A DNA stretch of 64,000 nt from an uncultured Bdellovibrionales bacterium (GTDB lineage: Bacteria > Patescibacteriota > Minisyncoccia > Moranbacterales > UBA1568). Positions 1-9,601 of the stretch are shown one piece after another (the stretch's first letter is position 1; each line of letters begins with the position of its first letter). Location: contig CAYLJX010000004.1 of the NCBI GenBank assembly GCA_964384235.1, positions 15,916-79,915 of the forward strand, written 5' to 3'. The notes under the pieces were generated by a model. That model worked only from the letters and a program-made list of their open reading frames with translations. It did no database searches and was not told the origin of the DNA. The position numbers and the translations under genes were made by a program.

Positions 1-652
1 CGAAGTATGCGCCCGCGACCGGCCGCACGTCAAGCATCCGTTTCTCCAGATAGTGCTTGTGCATGTCGACGATCTCGAGCTCGCCGCGATCCGACGGCGT
101 GAGACCCTTGGCCACCTGCGGTGCCTCCCCGTCGAAGATGTAGATACCGGGAATGGCGAAATTGCTTTTCGGATTTTTCGGTTTCTCCTCGATGGAAACG
201 ACGTTATGATTACTGTCGAACTCGACGACACCGAAGCGCTCCGGATCCGGCACCTCCTTGGCGAAGATCCGTCCACCCTTTTCAAACGTCCGGATGGCCT
301 CACTGAAATCATCCTCGAAGATATTGTCCCCGAGGATGAGGGTCGACGGACCGCCATCAAGAAAATCCTCCGCCAGGATGAATGCGTCCGCGAGTCCCCG
401 CGGTGACGACTGCACGACGAAGGAGATGTTGATGCCGTGTTTGCGGAACATCGAACCCAGGAGGTTGAGGAAATTTCCCGAATAGTGCGGCGCCACGATG
501 ATGAGGATGTCGGTGATCCCCGCCTGGATCAGGGTATTGAGCGGATAGAAAATCATCGGCCGGTCATAGACAGGCAGGAGCTGTTTGGATGCGATGGCGG
601 TGATGGGGAGGAGCCGCGTGCCGTTCCCCCCGGCCAATATTATTCCTTTCAT
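1..652 (-). CDS. rmlA: glucose-1-phosphate thymidylyltransferase, partial (C-terminus beyond left window edge)
   Basis: Minus-strand ATG at 650-652 translates MKGIILAGGNGTRLLPIT..., the canonical RmlA N-terminus. The frame stays open to position 1; it is absent from the ORF track because there is no in-window stop. Confidence 0.85.
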   Translation of the reverse strand, partial: MKGIILAGGNGTRLLPITAIASKQLLPVYDRPMIFYPLNTLIQAGITDILIIVAPHYSGNFLNLLGSMFRKHGINISFVVQSSPRGLADAFILAEDFLDGGPSTLILGDNIFEDDFSEAIRTFEKGGRIFAKEVPDPERFGVVEFDSNHNVVSIEEKPKNPKSNFAIPGIYIFDGEAPQVAKGLTPSDRGELEIVDMHKHYLEKRMLDVRPVAGAYF

Positions 653-731
653 ACTGATTCAGTTATCCGGTTAAAAGGTTCACGAGTTAACGGGTTTGAA
701 CTTTTTAACCTGTAACTTGTTAACCCTTAAA

Positions 732-1973
732 CTATCTGTAGACAGGAAACTGCTTGCACAATCTCTTCACTTCTTTTCTGATGCTTGCGAGGACTTTTTC
801 GTTTCCTTCGGAGCGCAATGTTTCGTCGATCCAACCGGCGATCACCTTCACTTCCTGTTCCTTGAGGCCGCGCGTGGTGATGGCCGGCACGCCGATACGC
901 ACGCCGGACGGGTCCATCGGTCCGCGCGGATCGTCAGGAATCATGTTCTTGTTGATGGTGATGCCGACTTCGTCGAGGAGTTTCTCGGCCTCCTTGCCCG
1001 TGACAGAGTAGCTCTTGACCGTGTCGATGACGATCATGTGGTTCTCCGTCCCGCCGAAGAGAAGCGTCGCACCGCGCTTTTCCATTTCTTTCTGGAGTGT
1101 CTTGGCGTTCTTGAGGATCTGCTTGGCGTACTTCCTGAATTCCGGCTTCAACGCCTCGCCGAAGGCCACGGCCTTGGCTGCGATCACGTGCATGTGCGGA
1201 CCGCCCTGTGTCCCAGGGAAGATCGCCTTGTCGATCGCAGTCGCGTACTTTTCCCGACAGAGGATGAGACCGCCGCGCGGACCGCGGAGCGTCTTGTGCG
1301 TCGTCGCGGTCACGATATCGAAGTGTTCCACCGGATTGGGAAGTGCTTTCCCGGCGATGAGCCCGGCGATGTGCGCCATGTCCATCATCGTCATCGCGCC
1401 GACTTTCTTGGCAATGGCTGCGAATTTTTTGTAATCGATCTGGCGCGTGTACGACGAGAATCCCGCGAGCATGAGCTTGGGCTTTTCCTTCTTGGCGAGC
1501 GCCTCGAGCTTCTTGTAGTCGATGGTGCCGTCCGCTTCGGTCTTGTACCGGACGAAACGGTACACCTTGGCCGGGAGCGTCACCGGATGTCCGTGGGTGA
1601 GGTGTCCACCGTGCGAGAGATCCATACCAAGGACCGTGTCACCGGGATCGAGGATACCTGCGTACACCGCGAGGTTCGCCTGCGCGCCCGAGTGCGCCTG
1701 GACATTGGCGTGCTGCGCACCGAAAAGTTTCTTCACCCGCTCGATCGCGAGTGTTTCCACCTGGTCGGTGAATTCTTGTCCACCGTAATAGCGTCGTCCG
1801 GGATAGCCTTCGGAGTATTTATTGGTGAACACCGTACCGAGCGCCTCGAGCACCGCCATGGAGACATAGTTCTCCGACGCGATCATCTCGAGTCCTTCTT
1901 CCTGCCGCTTCTCCTCGCCCATCACCGTCTCGTACACCGCCTTGTCCGCCTTCTTTAGGATGTCGTGTTTCAT
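732..1973 (-). CDS. glyA: serine hydroxymethyltransferase
   Basis: 413-aa ORF. SHMT hallmarks are present: MIASENYVS, GYPGRRYYGG, TTHKTLRGPRGG. Confidence 0.9.
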   Translation of the reverse strand: MKHDILKKADKAVYETVMGEEKRQEEGLEMIASENYVSMAVLEALGTVFTNKYSEGYPGRRYYGGQEFTDQVETLAIERVKKLFGAQHANVQAHSGAQANLAVYAGILDPGDTVLGMDLSHGGHLTHGHPVTLPAKVYRFVRYKTEADGTIDYKKLEALAKKEKPKLMLAGFSSYTRQIDYKKFAAIAKKVGAMTMMDMAHIAGLIAGKALPNPVEHFDIVTATTHKTLRGPRGGLILCREKYATAIDKAIFPGTQGGPHMHVIAAKAVAFGEALKPEFRKYAKQILKNAKTLQKEMEKRGATLLFGGTENHMIVIDTVKSYSVTGKEAEKLLDEVGITINKNMIPDDPRGPMDPSGVRIGVPAITTRGLKEQEVKVIAGWIDETLRSEGNEKVLASIRKEVKRLCKQFPVYR

Positions 1974-2171
1974 AGATTTCAGAATTTGTTCAGCTAACGA
2001 GTTAACGCGTTAACGGGACTAAAACACTCAAAACTCACGAACAACTCGTGAACTCGCCAACCCGTTAACTAGAAAACTCATCTACACCATATTCGTTCCC
2101 TGATTCACAAATTCCCCCGTATTTCGGGAGGAATGTCTCCATGATACCAAAAAACCGCCCCTCCCGCACCA

Positions 2172-2200
2172 TTGACAAAAACTCTAAAAAGGTGTATACT
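2172..2200 (+). promoter_or_regulatory. sigma70-type promoter: TTGACA (2172-2177), 17-nt spacer, TATACT (2195-2200)
   Basis: Consensus -35 and near-consensus -10 with 17-nt spacing, about 90 nt upstream of the first of two tandem small membrane-protein genes. Confidence 0.5.
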
Positions 2201-2288
2201 ATATGGTTCAGTCAAACTGGACTTGTAGTACCCGAACAATTTAACCCATTCCAGAGGGTCGGATCTGGAGAGTCATAGGAGATAAAAG

Positions 2289-2573
2289 ATGTACACCATC
2301 GTCCTCAGCATCGTCATTCTCATTGCGCTCGCCATCATTTTCATCTGCGGCATGCGCACCGAGCGATCCGAAAGGATCGACGACCATGTGAACCCGAACT
2401 GGGCTTACCTGGCCGCTGCGCTGTGGTTCGTCACGATGTTTGCCTCATTGACGTTTGACGATCAGCGAACCATCGACCTCGCGGTCGCGGTCACGATGTT
2501 CGGCGGTATCGTCATCTTCGTGGCCGGCTACTGGTTCCCTAAGATCCGCAGCCGCATCCTGTTCCGGGTGTAA
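2289..2573 (+). CDS. small membrane protein (3 predicted TM helices), hypothetical
   Basis: 94-aa ORF. AGGAG RBS sits 7 nt upstream of the ATG. The protein is hydrophobic, and its size and topology resemble the next gene. Confidence 0.55.
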   Translation: MYTIVLSIVILIALAIIFICGMRTERSERIDDHVNPNWAYLAAALWFVTMFASLTFDDQRTIDLAVAVTMFGGIVIFVAGYWFPKIRSRILFRV

Positions 2574-2590
2574 CTACAAAGGAGAACTCC

Positions 2591-2857
2591 ATGAGAACAT
2601 CCGTCATTGTGCTTGCCGCATTGGCCATCAGCCTGCTCTGCGGGTGGATGATCCAGCGACCGATAACGGTGACTCGCTCGCGGACTATCGGAACAGTAGA
2701 TGTCCGCTGGTTCTTCATAGCGATCGCCGTATGGATCGTCGGCATGGTATCGGTCTCCGGTGCTTTTGCCTTGACATCCATCATCTTCGGCGTCCCAAGC
2801 GCATTCGTCGCCGGGTTCGTCCATCCGCTCATTCGGAAAACCCGGAGGAGTCGATAG
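2591..2857 (+). CDS. small membrane protein (3 predicted TM helices), hypothetical; tandem partner of 2289-2573
   Basis: 88-aa ORF. AAGGAG RBS sits 6 nt upstream of the ATG. Hydrophobic segments are present. Confidence 0.55.
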   Translation: MRTSVIVLAALAISLLCGWMIQRPITVTRSRTIGTVDVRWFFIAIAVWIVGMVSVSGAFALTSIIFGVPSAFVAGFVHPLIRKTRRSR

Positions 2858-2884
2858 GACAATCGACCGCCGACCCACCCATCG

Positions 2885-2940
2885 CCGCCCGAGATACCAC
2901 GCGTAACAGCGCGAACGTATCTGGGCGGTTTTCATTTTTC
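2885..2940 (+). terminator. rho-independent terminator
   Basis: Stem ccgcccgagatac (2885-2897) pairs with gtatctgggcgg (2917-2928) with one bulge, followed by ttttcatttttc. Confidence 0.55.
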
Positions 2941-3120
2941 TTAAAGTCGTTTCCCAGGGTGACCCCATCACCAGCAACCTTTTCTCTTTCCTCCCAAACT
3001 CGAACTGCTTTCAGTTACCGAAAAAAATCGCACCCGGTCAACGGCGGAAAAGCCATTTTTTTCGAACCGAAATCAGTTCTCAGACAGTGTGAGGATGCGA
3101 GAAAAGGTTCTGGCGAGAAG

Positions 3121-3999
3121 TCACTTGAATGTTTCTCGTGTTTCCAAAAATTCCTCCAGCGCTTCGGTGTAGGGACGAAGCGGGATGAACTTGGTATTGC
3201 GAAGCGCGGAATACTTCGGGCGCTTGGCGGGACGAGGAAAGGCGTCGGGCGACACCGGCTGCACGGTGACGTCCATGCCGGCCAGTCGGAACAGTTCCTT
3301 GGCCGCCTCGTACCACGTCACCGCTCCTTCGTTGATAATATGATAGACACCGTAGGGTTTCTGATACATCTCGAGCACCTTGCTCGCAAGCGCGAGATCC
3401 GGCGCATAGGTGAAACAGCTCTTCTCGTCGTCGATGACGGTAAGTTCTTTCTTTTCCTTTGTCACTTCAAGCATCTTTTCAAAAAAACTTTTCTTTCCCG
3501 TCGCGGATGTCGCCGGTTTTCCAAACAGTTTGGAAAGACGAACAAGATACTGTTTGCAACCAGATGCGATCACGTTCTTCTCTCCTTCCCGCTTGCTCGT
3601 CCCGTACTTCGATATCGGATTCGGTTCGGCATCCTCCGCATAGCCTTCCTGACCCTCCCCGTCAAAGACGTAGTCCGTCGAATAGTGAATGAGCGTCGCA
3701 TCGAGATCCTTAGTCAGGCGTGCGAGAAATCCTGGCACCTCGGCATTAAGGAGCATCGCCTTGTGAAACTCTTCTTCGCTCTCTTCGCACAAATCGACGG
3801 CGTTGTACGCCACGGCGTTTATGATGAGCGCCGGACCGAAACTCCGGATCTTCCCTTCCGCTGTGACAAAGTCCGCGAGGTCTATATCCTCGACATCCCA
3901 CGCCGCGACCTCGTATCCCTCGTCTTCCCGGTACACGCGTGCGAGCTCCTGCCCCAGCATCCCCTTGGCTCCCAGTATCAGCACTTTCTTTCTTTCCAT
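3121..3999 (-). CDS. rmlD: dTDP-4-dehydrorhamnose reductase
   Basis: The Rossmann N-terminus MERKKVLILGAKGMLG and the rest match RmlD. The ORF track extends to 4020 (MRKITLSM...), but the start is placed at the internal ATG at 3997-3999; 4020 is the alternative. Confidence 0.85.
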   Translation of the reverse strand: MERKKVLILGAKGMLGQELARVYREDEGYEVAAWDVEDIDLADFVTAEGKIRSFGPALIINAVAYNAVDLCEESEEEFHKAMLLNAEVPGFLARLTKDLDATLIHYSTDYVFDGEGQEGYAEDAEPNPISKYGTSKREGEKNVIASGCKQYLVRLSKLFGKPATSATGKKSFFEKMLEVTKEKKELTVIDDEKSCFTYAPDLALASKVLEMYQKPYGVYHIINEGAVTWYEAAKELFRLAGMDVTVQPVSPDAFPRPAKRPKYSALRNTKFIPLRPYTEALEEFLETRETFK

Positions 4000-4270
4000 A
4001 GATAAAGTAATTTTTCTCATTATACCATCATTCTTTCAAGTTCTCTCCTGATTTCTTTCCCTCAATCTTCCTCTCTCGACCACACTCATTTCCCCAGCGA
4101 GTCACTCGTTCCTAAAATTCCTCGCTCTCCCGACTTTCAGTCGGGAACCGTGCCCGCTCGGAATTTTAAGTGTCTCGATGAGAAAGATTTTCGGGAAAGA
4201 ATCTTTCTTCCGAACGAAAGATAAATCGTGTTCGAGGAGTCGTACAGCGAGAAAAGGGAGAGGGAGCGGA

Positions 4271-4325
4271 GGAAAAAAGAAAAAAATTTAAAGCGGATAC
4301 CTTGATGAGTCAAAGTTCCGCTTGC
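4271..4325 (-). terminator. rho-independent terminator (minus strand) downstream of gene 4479-5438
   Basis: On the minus strand, stem AAGCGGA/TCCGCTT (plus coords 4292-4298 and 4318-4324) is followed by a U-rich tract (plus-strand A-run 4271-4290). Confidence 0.45.
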
Positions 4326-4478
4326 TTTCCGAAAAAACCTTCTTCGATGCCGGATCGGTCGAGGGTGCATTCACCCCGCCGGTAAGATGCGGTGCCCGAT
4401 TCCGTTGCCCGCTCTTTTGTATCCCTTTTTATGCTCATCGAAGCCATCTGTTCCGTACGATTCCTGTCCGAGACCGCT

Positions 4479-5438
4479 CTACGTGATCTCGACGAGACTC
4501 CCGTCATCGAGCGCCCGCGCCACTGCACGCAAAAGATCGGCGTTCTCACGGGAAAATGGCGCATTGAGACATCGCCCCAGAGTCGCGTGTACATCCGAGA
4601 GGAGCTCATTTTCAGGAAGATATATGACTCCGCCTGAAACATCGCGACGAAGCGACGGGCATTTCCCGTCAGGACCCGGCTGTACCGTGTACTGGAACTT
4701 CCGAACATTCACATTCAGGTTATCCACATGCACCGTCGCCTGGACCATATCACCGATGCGTCTGACAACGTCATGCTCCTCCTGTGGCATAGCACCCCAC
4801 TCCTCCGGTCTCCCGGTGGAGACGACCGATGAGACGCGGACAGGTACTGATCCTCGACGCATGGCCGTCATTCCTGCCCGGCCGAGCGCCTCGAGCACCC
4901 AGACGAGAAGCAAGATGATGGCACAGAAAAAGACATACTGCCAGAAGCGGTGACTCTTGAGGAAAGACCACCACTCTTCCGGACTCGTCGCGCCCGACAC
5001 CACCGCGATCCGATCCGTGACGACCACCACGTGCTCGAAACGTCCCTTCATCTCCCTGACCGATGTTTCCAACGTATCGATCTTTCCCTGGAGCTGGTCG
5101 AGGTACTCTTTGGCTGCCGGACTCAAGTGACCGGCCGACTTCCATGACTCTTTGAGTTCCCGACACCGCACGTCGATCGCCTTGCCGGCCTGCATCAGCC
5201 GGTCGCTTCGGATACGGTTGGGCGTCAGGATGGAAGTCCGGACATTCGCAAGCGTCATCGGCTCCGCGCAGTAACGGGCATGCACCCCTCCCGGCGTCTC
5301 GCCGCGTTTAGGAACATCCCGTACCGCGGTCGGCACGCCCGAGGTATCGGTGACATACCCCGCGACGAGCGCCCATACCGGTACCGGCACCGACGCCAGA
5401 AGAAACAACAGGAACAACCGGATGATCCTTCTCATCAC
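4479..5438 (-). CDS. hypothetical secreted/membrane protein (N-terminal signal peptide, one internal TM segment)
   Basis: 319 aa. Strong RBS GGAGGAAAGGAG upstream. N-terminus MMRRIIRLFLLFLLASVPVPVWA. No recognisable catalytic motif. Confidence 0.55.
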   Translation of the reverse strand: MMRRIIRLFLLFLLASVPVPVWALVAGYVTDTSGVPTAVRDVPKRGETPGGVHARYCAEPMTLANVRTSILTPNRIRSDRLMQAGKAIDVRCRELKESWKSAGHLSPAAKEYLDQLQGKIDTLETSVREMKGRFEHVVVVTDRIAVVSGATSPEEWWSFLKSHRFWQYVFFCAIILLLVWVLEALGRAGMTAMRRGSVPVRVSSVVSTGRPEEWGAMPQEEHDVVRRIGDMVQATVHVDNLNVNVRKFQYTVQPGPDGKCPSLRRDVSGGVIYLPENELLSDVHATLGRCLNAPFSRENADLLRAVARALDDGSLVEIT

Positions 5439-5697
5439 ATACTCCTTTCCTCCATTGAACAGCGTTGGACAACGACGATATTCTTTTGTAAAGAACCTCC
5501 CCGCCCTTGTAATACACCGTTCGGCGTCATTTCACTCCACACGAAACCTCCCTCGTCAAACCCAAGAAAATCCCCTCCTTTTTCGTCTTTTACCTATCCA
5601 TCTTATCCATCTGCACACTATAACATACGGTCGGATAGTATAATGCGCATGAAAGAAAAACAAAAAAAGAGGCTACGGAAAGTATGAGAGTGTTTTG

Positions 5698-6354
5698 CTA
5701 TTCCAAGACAGCGGAGAAATCATGTGTCGAACCCTCAGTCATATCGACATACCTGATGCCGAGCGGCTCGAGGAGTGCTGTCGGGACGCGACGTGTCGGA
5801 CCGAGCTCGATCCCCTGCCGGAGCATGCCGTCATGCACCGGAAAGACTACCTTCGGCTTGATCGCTTTGGCGTATTCGACCGCCTCCTCCAACCGCATCC
5901 ACGGACCCGAGACCGGGAGAGCTAAGATCGAAATCTCTTTTTGCGGATCATGAAACGAATCGCCGGGATAAAAAAGTTTCTTGTCGATCAGAAACCCGGT
6001 GTTCTGCACCGGCGGCAAATCATGATGAATACAGGCGTGCTTGGTACCGGAGCTCTGTACAGATACTCCCTTCACGGTTTTCTCCTCCCCATCAGCGATC
6101 GCCTCCCATACGATACCGGCCTCATCCAGAATTTTCCCCACTCCCGCATGAGTAATGATCTTCGCTTCGGGATTCTTGGCGAGAACGATCGAGAGACTGT
6201 CTACATGACAATGGTCCTGGTGCTCATGAGTGATAAGGACCGCATCCACTCCCGTTACCATCGGCGTCTCGTTGTAATTCCCCGGATCAGTCAGGATCCG
6301 CACTCCTCCCGTCTCGATAAGGAGGCAACAGTGCCCGAATTTGGTGATATTCAT
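5698..6354 (-). CDS. metallo-beta-lactamase-fold hydrolase
   Basis: 218 aa with the HxHxDH motif (THEHQDH) and downstream His/Asp ligands. Confidence 0.8.
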   Translation of the reverse strand: MNITKFGHCCLLIETGGVRILTDPGNYNETPMVTGVDAVLITHEHQDHCHVDSLSIVLAKNPEAKIITHAGVGKILDEAGIVWEAIADGEEKTVKGVSVQSSGTKHACIHHDLPPVQNTGFLIDKKLFYPGDSFHDPQKEISILALPVSGPWMRLEEAVEYAKAIKPKVVFPVHDGMLRQGIELGPTRRVPTALLEPLGIRYVDMTEGSTHDFSAVLE

Positions 6355-6355
6355 A

Positions 6356-6817
6356 TCAAATCTTGAAGAACGAATTTAATACTTGTTCAAAACCAGGAAG
6401 GAGCTTGAGTCTCTTGGCGGCTTTCGGGGCGATCCATCGAAAATTCTGTGCCTCCCAGTCCAGGTGGACCGTGTCGGTGGCGACCGTCACCAGTACCGGG
6501 TGCACGATCCACGTCTTCTTGTACTTCGGAGCTTCCTGGTCGAAGATCTGTCCCAGACGGATGGAGAGGATATCTTTCTTCCTGAGACCGAGTTCTTCCC
6601 GCAGTTCGTCCCGCACCTTTTGTTCCAGGCTTCTCCGGTCGTCCAAAAATCCGGAGATGCCGTTCCAGTGGTTTGGATAGAGACGCATCCCGGCGCTCCT
6701 CTCCACGACCAGGATCTTTTGCTTGTACTTCACCACGCAGTTGATCACCGGACAGTAGCGCACGTCCGTAAAATCCACCTGCCCTGGCTTCGGTACGAAT
6801 TTTTCTTCTTTTCTCAT
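6356..6817 (-). CDS. NUDIX hydrolase
   Basis: 153 aa carrying the Nudix box GFLDDRRSLEQKVRDELREELG. Confidence 0.8.
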   Translation of the reverse strand: MRKEEKFVPKPGQVDFTDVRYCPVINCVVKYKQKILVVERSAGMRLYPNHWNGISGFLDDRRSLEQKVRDELREELGLRKKDILSIRLGQIFDQEAPKYKKTWIVHPVLVTVATDTVHLDWEAQNFRWIAPKAAKRLKLLPGFEQVLNSFFKI

Positions 6818-6920
6818 ACTTTACTTCTTCAGTTCCAGAAACTCTCCCTCGCTCACTATCTCGATATGATCATCGACAACCTTCAGGGCCGAATCATCAT
6901 CGAGAGAATATACCATCGGT

Positions 6921-7487
6921 CTATACCACTTTTACTTCTTTCAAATATGGAAAATCTTCCGGTGTCACCCGTAAGCGAGCCGCTGGAGTGACGGATTCAT
7001 AGGAAACCCATTCACTCGTCGACTTACCCTGATTATCCGTGGTTTGCACGAAATTTTCTTTCGGCAAGATATATACCACTCCATTTTTCCATGGATCTTT
7101 TTCCGATAATGTACCATCGATTTCGAAACTGTACGTTTTCACTCCCTGATCATCCGTACTATACCCGGAACGAACCATTCCATGAAGTCGATTCCGATCC
7201 TTAATGGCATAAAACAGCGGTAGTATCGGATCAGATACCGCATAGACTGCCTTTTGGTTTCCTGATTTTTTCGATGCGTCATTCGCTTGACGAGGCTCAA
7301 GCGCTTCCGTATCTTCGACCGAAGACCCATGAAGCAGATAGCCGTTCTCCAACAAGTAAGCTAAGAACTTATGTTTCGGGGAGTCGATACTATACTCGAC
7401 GTCTCCACCAAGACTCGCCCTCATTTCGTTCAGCAATTTCAAAAACTTTTCTTGCTCTGGATCTGAAACCGGATGTTCAAAACTCAT
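6921..7487 (-). CDS. hypothetical protein, translationally coupled downstream of rmlB
   Basis: 188 aa. The start is 9 nt after the rmlB stop. No recognisable motif. Confidence 0.5.
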   Translation of the reverse strand: MSFEHPVSDPEQEKFLKLLNEMRASLGGDVEYSIDSPKHKFLAYLLENGYLLHGSSVEDTEALEPRQANDASKKSGNQKAVYAVSDPILPLFYAIKDRNRLHGMVRSGYSTDDQGVKTYSFEIDGTLSEKDPWKNGVVYILPKENFVQTTDNQGKSTSEWVSYESVTPAARLRVTPEDFPYLKEVKVV

Positions 7488-7496
7488 AAGAGTCTC

Positions 7497-8501
7497 TTAG
7501 CGTTTTTCGTACTGCGTTTCGTAGTATTTCTGGTACTCTCCCGACTTTACGTTTCGCCACCAGGATTTGTTTTCCTGAAACCACGCGACGGTCTTCGCCA
7601 AACCCTCCTCGAGAGTCACCTGCGGTTCCCAACCGAGCTCGTTCTTGATCTTCGTATAGTCGATGGCGTAGCGGCGGTCGTGGCCGGCGCGGTCTTTGAC
7701 GAACTCGATTCTGTCTTCGCCTTTGCCGAGGAGTTTCAGAATTTCCTTGACGACGGAGAGGTTGGTCGGCTGGTTGCCGCCGCCCACGCAGTACGTCTCG
7801 CCGATCGTTCCCTTGCGCAGGACGAGATCGATCGCACGGCAGTGATCCTCGACGTAGAGCCAGTCGCGCACCTGGCCACCATCGCCGTAGACCGGGACTT
7901 TTTTTCCTTCCAGAAGGTTGGTGATGACCAACGGAAAGAGTTTCTCCGGAAAATGATAGGGCCCGTAGTTGTTGGTGCAGTTGGAAATCGTCACCGGCAA
8001 ACCGAAGGTGTGGAAGTACGCTCGCACGAGATGATCCGAAGCGGCCTTGGAAGCACTATAGGGACTCCTCGGGTCGTACGGCGTCGACTCGTCAAACGGC
8101 GGATCATCCGGCTCCAAGGCACCGAACACCTCGTCGGTCGAGACATGATGGAAACGCTTGCCGTGCTTGCGAGCCGCCTCGAGAAGGACATAGGTCCCGC
8201 GCACGTTGGTATCGACGAACGCTCCCGGATCGAGGATCGAGCGGTCCACATGCGACTCCGCCGCGAAGTGCACCACCGCGTCGCACTCCGCGACGAGCGG
8301 CTCCACCAGCTCGGCGTCCGTGATACTCCCCTTCACGAACCGGTGCCTCGGGTCGTCCTGATACGTGGCGACGTTCCCGAGATTTCCGGCATAGGTGAGC
8401 GCGTCGAGATTGATCACGCTGTCCTGTGGATAGTTATCCAGGATGTAGTGGACGAAATTCGATCCTATAAAACCAGCGCCTCCTGTTATAAGTAATTTCA
8501 T
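7497..8501 (-). CDS. rmlB: dTDP-glucose 4,6-dehydratase
   Basis: MKLLITGGAGFIGSNFV... with YxxxK; the start is placed at the internal ATG 8499-8501. The ORF track's 33-aa N-terminal extension is judged spurious. Confidence 0.9.
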   Translation of the reverse strand: MKLLITGGAGFIGSNFVHYILDNYPQDSVINLDALTYAGNLGNVATYQDDPRHRFVKGSITDAELVEPLVAECDAVVHFAAESHVDRSILDPGAFVDTNVRGTYVLLEAARKHGKRFHHVSTDEVFGALEPDDPPFDESTPYDPRSPYSASKAASDHLVRAYFHTFGLPVTISNCTNNYGPYHFPEKLFPLVITNLLEGKKVPVYGDGGQVRDWLYVEDHCRAIDLVLRKGTIGETYCVGGGNQPTNLSVVKEILKLLGKGEDRIEFVKDRAGHDRRYAIDYTKIKNELGWEPQVTLEEGLAKTVAWFQENKSWWRNVKSGEYQKYYETQYEKR

Positions 8502-8515
8502 AAAATAGAGATCAG

Positions 8516-9067
8516 CTATATATGGAATTCGGAAACAATATCCTTGAGAAGCGGCAACGCGGCATCCTTTTCCGAAACGAGCGCTTCCGAAGCCGGCCAC
8601 GCTATGCCCAAATCAGGATCATTCCAACAAACACCTCGGTCGGACGCCTTGTCATAGACATTTGTCACCTTGTACGTGAACACCGTATCATCCTCGAGTG
8701 CCATGAACGCATGCGCGAATCCTTCCGGAATCCAGAACTGCGCGTGATTTTCTTCGGAAAGTTCCACCATCACATGCTTCCCATAGGTGGGCGATCCTGT
8801 CCGGATATCCACCGCGACATCAAGGACTCGACCCCGAAGCACCGAGACGAGTTTCCCCTGCGCGAACGGCGGGGCCTGATAGTGTAATCCACGCACGACG
8901 CCCTTCTTCGATTTGGAAACGTTGTCCTGGACGAACCGTTCCGCGGGAATACCGAGTTCCTGGTACTTCTTGAGGCTGTACGACTCGAAAAAATACCCCC
9001 GGTCATCGGCATACACGTCAGGCACCAAAAGCATCGGCCCCTCGATATCGAACCGTTTCGTTTCCAT
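8516..9067 (-). CDS. rmlC: dTDP-4-dehydrorhamnose 3,5-epimerase
   Basis: 183-aa cupin with RmlC motifs: VRGLHYQ, FWIPEGFAHAF. Confidence 0.9.
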   Translation of the reverse strand: METKRFDIEGPMLLVPDVYADDRGYFFESYSLKKYQELGIPAERFVQDNVSKSKKGVVRGLHYQAPPFAQGKLVSVLRGRVLDVAVDIRTGSPTYGKHVMVELSEENHAQFWIPEGFAHAFMALEDDTVFTYKVTNVYDKASDRGVCWNDPDLGIAWPASEALVSEKDAALPLLKDIVSEFHI

Positions 9068-9104
9068 ACCGGTTTTCTCAAAAGTTATGTCCTTCCTATC
9101 CTAA

Positions 9105-9140
9105 CACAAAAGAAAGCCGCCCCACAGGGCGACTTTCTTG
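9105..9140 (-). terminator. rho-independent terminator for the KH-protein gene
   Basis: 12-bp stem (agaaagccgccc / gggcgactttct, one mismatch) with loop caca. A U-tract follows on the minus strand. Confidence 0.55.
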
Positions 9141-9160
9141 ATTCGCACACAAGAAAACTT

Positions 9161-9517
9161 TTACAGTTTGATGTCGTTCATCACGTCGTCGAGCGACCGC
9201 TTCTCCTCCTCGGCCGGGCGCTCCTCGCGAGCCTCACGCGGTTCGCGCGGCGGGCGCTCAGAACCTTCCGGTTCGTTGATCTTGAGATTGACACGGGCGT
9301 TGTTCCTCGCACCGATGACACGAAGGAGCGTTCGCAGGGCCTTGGCGGTCATGCCTTCGCGGCCGATCACCATACCCATATCCTTGGGATTGACATCGAG
9401 GGTGATGAGCACGCCCATCTCGTCGATCTTGCGTTCCACTTTCACGTCGTCGGGATTGTCGACGAGCATCTTCACGACATATTCGATAAACTCCTGGTCT
9501 CTTACATTGTCCGTCAT
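9161..9517 (-). CDS. KH-domain RNA-binding protein (KhpA/YlqC-like) with charged C-terminal tail
   Basis: Carries the KH motif VIGREGMTAKALRTLLRV, followed by an acidic/basic low-complexity tail. Confidence 0.7.
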   Translation of the reverse strand: MTDNVRDQEFIEYVVKMLVDNPDDVKVERKIDEMGVLITLDVNPKDMGMVIGREGMTAKALRTLLRVIGARNNARVNLKINEPEGSERPPREPREAREERPAEEEKRSLDDVMNDIKL

Positions 9518-9601
9518 AGACGTATTCGTTACAGGTTAACAGGAAGTCCCTCCTTCCACTCCCATATCATACTCTTTTTCCGAACCACCCGCAAGATGGG
9601 T

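Noticed and set aside
4021-4478. 458-bp intergenic region as a possible ncRNA (RNase P, SRP RNA, tmRNA).
   Set aside because: No conserved RNase P P4 (AGGAAAGUCCGG), SRP (GGAAGCAGCC) or tmRNA tag-region signatures were seen. The content is explained by a minus-strand terminator (4271-4325), polypurine/polypyrimidine tracts and a promoter region for rmlD.
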